Source of the DNA: Penicillus capitatus | Taxonomy: Eukaryota > Plantae > Chlorophyta | NCBI GenBank assembly: GCA_965649825.1 | Contig: OZ287695.1 | Coordinates: forward strand, 1,787,288-1,851,287 | DNA: 64,000 nucleotides | Direction of reading: 5' to 3' | Part shown: piece after piece, positions 50,329-64,000 of the stretch | How positions within the stretch are numbered: the stretch's first letter is position 1 | Layout: every line of letters starts with the position of its first letter | Translations under genes and position numbers: made by a program | The notes under the pieces: model-generated | Seen by the model: the letters and a program-made list of their open reading frames with translations, nothing else | Database searches by the model: none | What the model was told of the DNA's origin: nothing

Positions 50329-51789
50329 TCAAAAGAGTCCTGTATTCTTTTGTCTTGGGAATAGAACGTCTTCGAGCATGAATATGAGCAAGACTCCGAC
50401 AAAGTGAAAACAGAATGAGAAAACGCGCTTCTTGCGCATTGAAGAGAACGGATGTAAGGCACGCGTCGTGCAATTGCTGCTGGTAGCCTTCATCGCGACA
50501 TCCATCCCGATGCCCTTCAGCCGTTGTAGCTCTATTTTGAGTTCGCGGCATTCCTCCTGGCATTCGATCAACTGTTGCTCCTTCGAAACCGGCCGCGATC
50601 TCTAAATGCAGACAAAAACACAGATCCGCCCCTCCCTCTCCTCAAAGAGGCGGACCGTCAGGGTACTGGTGATGCCCCGAGCCCGAGATCCAAATCTCAA
50701 AGAACACAATGTCTCGCTCGAGTTGTCACGAGTCGGCGAACAACAGACAATCAGCATTGTCTTTGAGTTGCCTCCAATTGAGTCTTGCAGGATTCTGGTG
50801 AGTTTGCTGTCTCTGTAAGGAATATGTCTGGCTTTGTCATCCGACAATGCAGCAATCACATTCGCCAGAGCACTCAACGATTTATTGATAAGGATCCCTT
50901 CATCTGTTTGCAGCCCAGTAGTGCCGGTCTTGGCCATTCGCTCACTTCCGGCCAGATCGACCATACAGAGTCTCCCGAGAGACACCTATCCATAACCGTT
51001 CGGTCGACAGAGGCATCTCACTCTTTACAGGTCACACGCACTGTGTGTGATTTTTTGTGTTTGAACTGAACGGTGATGATGCAGTGGGAGCGGCTGCTCT
51101 GTGCGTTCATGGCCGTACTGCAGACCGTCCGGTTTGCCATTCCCCTCCGTACGGTCTGATGCAGTTCCCATGCATTGTTCACAGTCATCTCGACCAGTCC
51201 CGCCATGTGGACACCCCTCACAGAATCTTCTTTGATGTGAAGATCCACATTCGATGGCTCTATCAAATCGCGCAGCCGTTCGCAGTAGATCTCAGCTGCA
51301 GAGACGGTGACAAAGAGCGCAGCAAATGCTTCGGTGCCTCGAATGGCCGCCATCAATTCGTGCACTGCTCGAGGAACGATACCCTGTTGGATGTTGTCAT
51401 CGAGATCGCCTGTACGGCAAGATGTCGTAAAGATGACCGAGTCGGCGAACGATACCGAAGAGTGTATGCGTTTTTCCACTGCCAGTCTGTCCATAGGCAA
51501 GAATGGTGCCGTTGATGCCGTCCAGGACGCTTTGCACAATGGGCTGCGCCACTTGGTAAGTATCCAGCTGCGCGCATTCAGGACCAAGAACGTGATCGAA
51601 ATGAAAAGTGTGGATATCAGAGGCGTCGGCAGAAATGCACGTGACCTAACCGTCAACGGCAATCTCTAACAAGAGATGGATGTGTCGACAGACCTCTGTA
51701 TCCGACAAACAGTTAATACACCTGTTTTTGTTGTCTGAGGTGCCCGAAGGCCGTAGACGAACGCAGACGCGCGTCTGGGATGTCTCCAT
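50329..51789 (-). CDS. Kinesin (kinesin-1-like motor) with short coiled coil and hydrophobic C-terminus
   Basis: RVCVRLRP, GINGTILAYGQTGSGKTHT, NAQSSRSH, VDLAGSER, INKSLSAL, HIPYRDSKLTRILQDSIGGNSKT; several short introns. Confidence 0.93.
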
Positions 51790-51892
51790 GGAGTCGACGT
51801 CGTTGCGATCCGAACGGTTTTCTGAACAACTGTCGACGCGTTTGATGGGACGTTAGTGCGTCGAGATTCCAACGTTTGCACGAAACGTCACA

Positions 51893-53282
51893 TCAAGGCA
51901 AAGATTTCACGGCAGAGGCTGCTGTGTTCTTTGCCAGCTCACAGAAGAGACGTACGTGTTCTTCTGGCGTTTGCTGCACCACTCCGTGTCCAAGATTGAG
52001 AATGTGACGAGATCCGCCTGCCTGGGATAGGCATTTTTCCACTGCTTCTGTCAACGACGCCTCTGTACCACATAGCTCCAGGGGATCCACATTTCCCTGC
52101 ACGCGTGACCCATGCACTCAATCTTCTATAGGAAACGAGGCTGATGTGACTTGGAGTATGCGACTGCCCAAAAGGCCTCGTGCCGTTTGCATCTCGATGT
52201 GCCAATCGAGTCCAATCACATCCGCAGAACAGAATGACATGTACTCAAGCTTCCCTGTCCCTCCGTTCATATGAAAAACAACTGGCACATCTGGATGCTC
52301 GTTCTTGATAGCTCGAATGATGGACTCCGCATACGGCAAACTGAAGATTCGGAATTGATCGGGCGAGAGATGATGGGCCCACGAGTCGAATAGCTGAACC
52401 ATCTGAGCACCTAAGACAGACCCATTGATCCTTTGAGGGCGCATCTGGTCGACACCAGAGGCGATCTGATAACGCAGATGTTGGATGAGGCATTGCGTCA
52501 GGTGCTGCAGGAGTCGATGCAGAATCTCTGGCCGTTGACGCATTATTGTCTACTGAATGGCAGCACATCTGCTGTGTCGATGGCTTTGAGGCAGACCTTG
52601 GTGATCAGGCAGTTCTTTGTGGCCTTCCCTTCCATGCAATAGGCCGCCAGTGTCCACGGCGTTCCGATAAATCCAATCAATGTCGCATCTGTTTGGACAA
52701 GCTCATTTCTCAATTGCCTGAGAGTCTCTCCCACAAATCCAAGCTTCTCTGATGGATCTTCTATGGGTAGCAGCCTCTTGAGATCTTCTTCTGTTCGAAT
52801 CGGCTGCTCGATGCGCGGCCCTGTTCCCTTGACCACATCAAATTCGATGCCCATTGCTGGCAGCGGTGTCAGAATGTCGCTAAACATGATGACAGCGTCT
52901 GTATGAAACGCACGGAATGGCTGCAGAGATAACTCCACAGCAATATCTGACGTTTCCGATCGCAGGCGGAATGGATATCGATCAGAAAACCTGAAAGATA
53001 GACGCATGAAGGCTAGCTGTCACAGACATTGCCCAGACTTGCGAAAATCTGCCATATAGCGTCCTGCTTGACGCATGAGCCATACGGGTGTTCTTTCCGC
53101 CTCTACAACAGTAAGAGATCGCACTGTGGACCGTCCGGCAAAGATCTGCCTTCTCCACGGGCCACTCGGAGCAGCAGCGGTTCGTCTGCCGTTGCTGATG
53201 CACAGAATTGACGGCGAGTTGGACAGGTCCCTCGTCGAGGATAGAAAAGGCAGGAACTCTGCGTTCGAAGGGAGACGTGCAT
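51893..53282 (-). CDS. hemE: Plastid uroporphyrinogen decarboxylase
   Basis: PLLLRVARGE|AERTPVWLMRQAGRY, FSDILTP, GFIGTPWTLAAY, QLFDSWA, GNVDP, HILNLGHG; transit-like N-terminus. Confidence 0.96.
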
Positions 53283-53327
53283 GGTCGACAGAAATCACAT
53301 GAAGCGCCTTGATCTGATGGATGTGAG

Positions 53328-55635
53328 ATGTGGCACCCCAGTGGCAGCCGAACCCTGACGCCGCGTTTCGCATTGGGACGCAGCGTCTTCGGCACACCGA
53401 TCCGTACAAGACATCGCCCGCCCATCTCTTCGCCTCTGCCACACAGGGCTGTGTGCCTGCGGAATAACGACATCGAACCATTGACGTTGAAAGAGAAGGA
53501 CACAAAACATGTCGATCTACAACACAAGGAAGCAATGAAGCTGTTCAAATCTGGACGGCGAAAAGAAGGCCTGCGTCGCATACGTCAAGCAAGGGAGCAG
53601 TATCCTGACAACGTTTTCGTCTGCACATCGGCCGGTGTGATGGAAGGCAAGATGGGCAACGCAGAGACGGCGCGACAACTGTTCCAACGAGCACTGGATC
53701 TGAGTCCAAACTGTGTCCCTGCCCTCTCCGTAACTCCGCCATGATCTGACAATGCCTTTATTGACGAGAAGAGTCATGTGTGAAGGCTTGGGGTGTATTG
53801 GAAGCATCCGTGTGTCAAAGGGAGAGAGCAGAGGAGCTCTTTCGCATGGCACTTCATTTTAATCCAATGCATGTGCCCAGTGTTCAGGCACTTGCCTTGC
53901 TGTGTATACAAACGCGGAGATCAGATGAAGCACGTGCATTGCTGGAAAAGCCTATGAAGAAAAAACCTAGAGATACTTCACTCCTCTTCGTCAGCCTGCA
54001 ATGAGATCACTCCCAAACGTATTGAGCCGTGTTTTAGGCCATGGCTAAACTCGAGATGCATGCCAAGAATCTGGAAGAGGCTAAAAAACACCTGATGTCT
54101 ATTCTGGCAGTGAATCGCTTTAACATGGAGGCCGTTACGGTAGACATGCGTCATGGATGGCGGATGTGTTTGACGGCAATGATGTGACAGATGATTGGGC
54201 GATTGTACTGGAAGAGGAGAAGGTATCGCGAAGCCAGGACGATTTTCTCCTCTATCACCCAGGGCACCTCCAGCAGCGCCGTGGCGACTGTTTTGCATTA
54301 TTGGGCGAGTTTGGAGATGCGGATTGGGAATACGGATCTTGCACGTGAGAAGCTGCAGGAGGCATTGAACAAAAGAGCCTTCCATTTAGAATCTCTGGTC
54401 ACGCTTGCTATACTCGAGGCACGAACAGGTTGACCCCAATTGAGCCTGTAGAAGGTGTCTTACGTCTTTGTCGTTTTCAGGTCATTTCCAGGAGGCACAA
54501 GATCTGTACGACCGTGCCCTGTCCGTGGATGATGCAAATGCGCATTTGCAAAACAGCGTGGCGCAGTTTTTGAGGCAACAGGGAAAAAGAGAAGAGGCAA
54601 AGGAACATCTCAAGCGTTTTATTGACCGTGTGCCATCCTGTGGCGTCTCGTGGTATATCCTGGGAGAACTGCACATGGAGGAAGGGGCATGGGACGCCGC
54701 ACGCGAATGCTATGAACAGGGCATCCGGACACGACGTGACTTGTTTCTGTTCCTGGGAGACAGCCAATGCTGTTCTGTTTTTAGAAGTCAAAGGGGTGCT
54801 TCAGTGTCTGGAGGGCTTAGCAGATCTCCATGCCTTTCTTGGGGAAGTGGACAGTGCGAGAGATCTGTATGCGTCAGGAGAGAAGCATTATGCTCCAACG
54901 ACTCACTATTATTGCAAATGGGCAAGCTTTGAAAAGAACCAGAACAGATATGAAGCCGCCAGGAAGCTGTATCAGAAAGCCTACGATCAGAATCCACAGG
55001 CAAGACGCTGCGATTGATTGTTTATCCATTGCACGACAAAATGCACAGGATATAGAGACGCTACTGCAGTGGGGATTGCTTGAGAGGAGATGTAGAAATT
55101 TGGCAGAAGCTGCAAAGTGCTTCCGGAGAGGTTTGGAGATCCACGACAAGAATCCAGCTCTCTGGTATAGTTACGCCACGATGCTGTCGAACGCGGGACA
55201 GATAAAGGAAGCCAGAGAGGTGTTCAAAAGCGCCTTAGAGGCGCTGCCAGAGTAAGCCATGCCTTCGCCTAACGGACCAGACACGTGTCAGGGTGGTTCA
55301 GGAATGGTCCACTATTGATGGAATGTGCTCTTATGGAATGGAAAGACAGAAATGTCGATGTTGCCAGAGAGCTCTTTCGCCGTGGAGCCCAACCTGCAGA
55401 GGCAGATGTGCATCGGCCACTTCTCGAGGCTTGGTTGCAAATGGAGAAGAGTCTGGAGAATGAAGATGAGATACAGCGAATTGCAGAGAGACTCGAATCG
55501 ATGCACAATACTCAGAAAACAACACAGACATCGACCGAATCCCCAGCAATGCACGATCCTCCAGAGAAAGGGCGAGAGTCCGATGACGCTACAGCACCTG
55601 ATCCTGATCCAGAATGTGTGAAACAAGAGATTTAA
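53328..55635 (+). CDS. Plastid HAT/TPR repeat protein (Mbb1/HCF107-like RNA maturation factor)
   Basis: Transit-like N-terminus; repeated ARQLFQRAL, AEELFRMAL, WASLEMRIG, ARKLYQKA, WGLLERR, ARELFRRG HAT-type motifs across short introns. Confidence 0.8.
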
Positions 55636-57092
55636 CGTTTGTGACAGATCCTGTCAATGCATCCTGCATATTAACGTCTGTTGTCTCCCTTTGGCCACTG
55701 CTGAGAGGGATCTTGTCGGGTTGGTTGGGTCTTTGCCTAAGGGCACTCGTATCGCTGCACGAGGGTGTGTCCAGACTGAGGAACGCATGTGAGATGCCTG
55801 CGTAATCTCTCTGATTGCTTAGCACTGTCAACGTGCCTTCGTTCCACACACGCTCTTGATCTTGAAGCGTGGTGCCTGAACACGACATCCATGCAAAACT
55901 GAAGAACAGTAGAGTAGACAGAACATGAAAATTTGTGGATGCCAACAAGAGGTGCAGCAGGTCGTGTTTCGTCTTCTTCGCCCTTTTGCGAAAGATTGTA
56001 TGCAACAAAGAGACATGAGACTGGTCTCTTTCCTGGTAAGTTCAGTGTTCTGAGGCACTGTCTTGATTTTAGATCCCATAAACAGACGGTGCCGTCCAGA
56101 GATCCTAGCAACAGGAACAACAAATCCTGTCGATTCCCGTTCGATGCCAGTGAAAGGGAAAGAGACCTGAAACGAGATGCGGCACCAGGAGTGTCACATC
56201 CAGGGACTGGACACCCTGTCCATGGCAATGCTCAAAGGTCTGATGCTTTGACCGTTCCATCACATTCTGCATGGCCAACGAGAGCTCATAAATCTCCCCG
56301 TTCTGACCTCCACAGTAGATGGCTCGCTGTCCTCTGTCCACGACGAGAGATAGCAGTGGACAGGGAAGCCGATAGGAAGCTACAGGTGCTGCCGATGCAA
56401 CGGTCCACAGATGACAAGTGCAATCCATGGACACCGATAGGAACTTTGCAGAGGCGCCGGCAGATGTGATGCTTATGTCCGTAATGGGCAGCGTATGGCC
56501 TGTCCTAAATCACTCAATTCTCACTCTTTCTTGACCATCTATGCATCTGGTCGACCAAGATTGATAAGGATGCATCGGTTTGCCAGGTTCTGGATCCACG
56601 AGCTCAGGGACAAGCCAGAGATGAAGGACACCGTCTTCCCCTCCACTCACCAACAGCGTTCCAGTCGGGTCCGTTTTCAACTGCGTCGCAGATTTGTAAT
56701 GAGCATTCCAGCTATGTATCAGCATTCCACTTGTGAGCTCCCAGACATAGAGCTTCCCTGATTTCCCACCGGCAAAGAGATAGATGCCACTAGGCGATGC
56801 GCAAACACTCGTGCATTTCTCAGGCAATGAAGAATCCAAACAGTGCCCCTGTTAACCACATCGGTGCCATCACTAAACGAACCAACACTTCTTTCGATCT
56901 GACTTTTTGCCAAGACCAAAACCGCATTCTCGCTTTCCCTTTAAGACATGCCGCGACATATTGTCGGCCGATCGGTGAGATTGCGTTCGTTGCGCTATCG
57001 CTCGATCGAAGCGTCGATACCACAGCGCCTCCCTTCGCCTCCCTTATGATCACAGCGTCAAAGGGGGTCCCCTTCTGTGCCGTCCTTGCCAT
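55589..57092 (-). CDS. WDR18: WD40 protein WDR18/IPI3/RID3-like (pre-60S Rix1 complex)
   Basis: YLFAGGKSGKLYVWELTSGMLIHSWNAHYK, LLVSGGEDG, GSLDGTVCLWDL; last-exon frame uncertain (stop at 55589 or 55737). Confidence 0.82.
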
Positions 57093-57183
57093 ATCGTGAT
57101 ATCGGATGCATCGTTTGTCGTCGCGCAGATGTACTCCGATCGCATTTGAGAATTCAGCATCGTTTTGTCTGCTTTGGTTTTAT

Positions 57184-61996
<4,813 letters not shown>

Positions 61997-62275
61997 GGAC
62001 TCACAGAGCAGTCTCTGACAAAAACCGATGCTCTATATCGACGGGAGAAGAGATCACAGAACCGCTGGTCTCCAGAACGGAAGAGAACAAAATACAGCTT
62101 CCTGGCAAGCTCGTTTTACCTCATTAAAACGCATCAGAGTTGATGACAATGCACAAACATACTGAGATGTCACATCACTAACTGACAAGACAGCGCAGCC
62201 AACACACATCTGAACCCTCGCCTCTCTAGTCATGTCCAAAAATCGAGTTGACGATTTCGGAGAAGAAAGGAGCTC

Positions 62276-63987
62276 CTAGCCAGCAGTGATGTGACAATCC
62301 GTCCCATCAATGACACCCAGAGAAGGCGGTATACCGTCGACGACTAAGCTGTCGTCGACTTCGTTGAAGAGTTCAAAAAATGCTTTGAAGTGCTGGTAGC
62401 TGTGATGGATATCATCCACTCCGCACATTTCGCGAATACTGTGCATGGAGAGCTGTGGAACGCCGACGTCTACGGTACGGCAGCCAAGATTCGATGCCAA
62501 GATAGGACCGATGGTGGAGCCACATGGCATGTCACTGCGCACACTGAAATGCTGGCACGGAATACCCCGTCTCTTTCCCACCTCACTGCACAGTATCATG
62601 CACAACGGCAGCCATTAGAGAAAGAGGGAACGGAACGCACATGAAGAGAGCAGCCGAAACGAGGTTTGTGGCGTAACGCTGGTTGACGTTTGTCTTGACC
62701 ACCAGACCGTCGTGGATCGTGGGAGACTGATGGGGATCGTATTTCTCCATGTAATTTGGATGTCTGGCGTGGGCCATATCAGCCGAAATGAGAAAACTGG
62801 AGGCTAAGCAACGTTCCACGGCATCCAGTTCGCCTTTAGAGAGGGTCTTGGTCACACGTGTGATCGTATCGCGCATGATCGGTCCTCCGGCTCCCTGAGC
62901 AGAAGCGGAACCGACTTCCTCGTGATCGAACAGCGCAACGGCACGGATTCGATCTTCGGATGCCAGAGCGTCTGCCGAGTCACACGCATCGATCAGTGCT
63001 CGTAAGGAACAGTAACTGGAACAGAGGTTGTCCAATCGGCCGACAAACAGAAATTCGTCGGCAGCTCCGCCGACGACGCCATCTTGCGTATCGCAAAGAT
63101 GCAATTCGAAATCCACGATGTCTGCCGCATTGCATCTAGAGAGCAGTTCTGTGATGACAGGGAGAAAGTGCCTGCTTCACATTCTACCCCAGTTCTTTGG
63201 CAAGCAGCTCCAGCAACATGGGGTGGTGCTTTGGATTCGCCGATTTTGCATTTCCATTTTCCTGCGGCACCGGGCCGTTCTGTTGTTTGCACAGTTCTGT
63301 CTTGGCAGCCGTCGCCAGAATTGGTGCCAAGTGCTCCTGTGCATTTGGCTTGAATCCATCCGTGCGGATACCTGAGTCGAGGAACAGAAACGGGATGGTT
63401 GGTGGCCCCGTAACCGCACATGCGGGGCAGAACAAATGCATGGCGGGTACCTGCCTGGGTAGAGATGGATGGCGAGCATCGGAATTCGCAAAATCGGTTT
63501 TTGAATACGGACAAGACGATGCACCAGCTTCCCACCAGCTTCTCTCACCAGCACACGACCAGCTACCGACAGATCACGATCGAACCATGTGTGCCACAAT
63601 CCACCGCCATAAGGCTCCGCGTTTGTCACCAAATAATCCCCCTTGCTACGCGTGGACTTGGGTTTCAGCTTCAGGCAAGGACTGTCCGTGTGTGCGCCGA
63701 TCATGTTGAAACCATTGCCGGGTTTGTAACGTGCTCCGACGGAAAAGGCCACTAAGGTCGACTGGTTGCGCGTGAAAAAATACCTTCAAACAGAGACGTC
63801 GAGGCCGAGGTCTGACGTTAGGAACCGTGCACTACTTTCCCCCCGGTGCGATCTTCCACGCATCTTTTTCGGAGAGATGCTGGAACCGCGCAGAAGAAAG
63901 CATTTTGCCCGCTTCATCGACGGCATGAAAAGGCGTCCACGCTTTGTTGATGAATTGCAACAGGTCTACTGCTATGCGCGACGACAT
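62276..63987 (-). CDS. DNPEP: Aspartyl aminopeptidase (M18 family)
   Basis: [73 protein letters not shown]. Confidence 0.95.
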
Positions 63988-64000
63988 CGTTCTTCGTCTT

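Overview
Eukaryotic nuclear DNA, most likely a compact green-algal (chlorophyte) genome. This is inferred from ~45-55 nt GT/GC-AG introns, plastid-transit-like N-termini on the YgfZ, HemE and HAT-TPR proteins, and PICKLE-type CHD and POB1-type BTB genes. All motif calls come from hand translation, with no database searches. The window has two very different parts. (1) ~1-44 kb is repeat- and pseudogene-rich. It contains three decayed minus-strand elements with RT, RNase H and tyrosine-recombinase motif remnants (DIRS-order-like retrotransposons A, B, C). Each is abutted at its 3' end by a convergent plus-strand ORF encoding PPIPPRP-type repeats. Between them lie mosaic duplicated blocks: an intronless HEAT-repeat ORF, a spliced bacterial-type Ig-repeat membrane protein plus a decayed copy, ygfZ plus a 3' fragment, a disrupted serpin, two BTB remnants, an RFC1 C-terminal fragment and a permuted papain-fold (H...NC) protein. 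(2) ~44-64 kb is a tightly packed housekeeping cluster: separase, kinesin, uroporphyrinogen decarboxylase, a plastid HAT/TPR protein, WDR18/IPI3, CHD3/PICKLE and aspartyl aminopeptidase. The best novelty candidates are the repeated coupling of the PPIPPRP gene to the YR retroelements, the ~14 kb unit structure this creates, and the Ig-repeat receptor-like gene.
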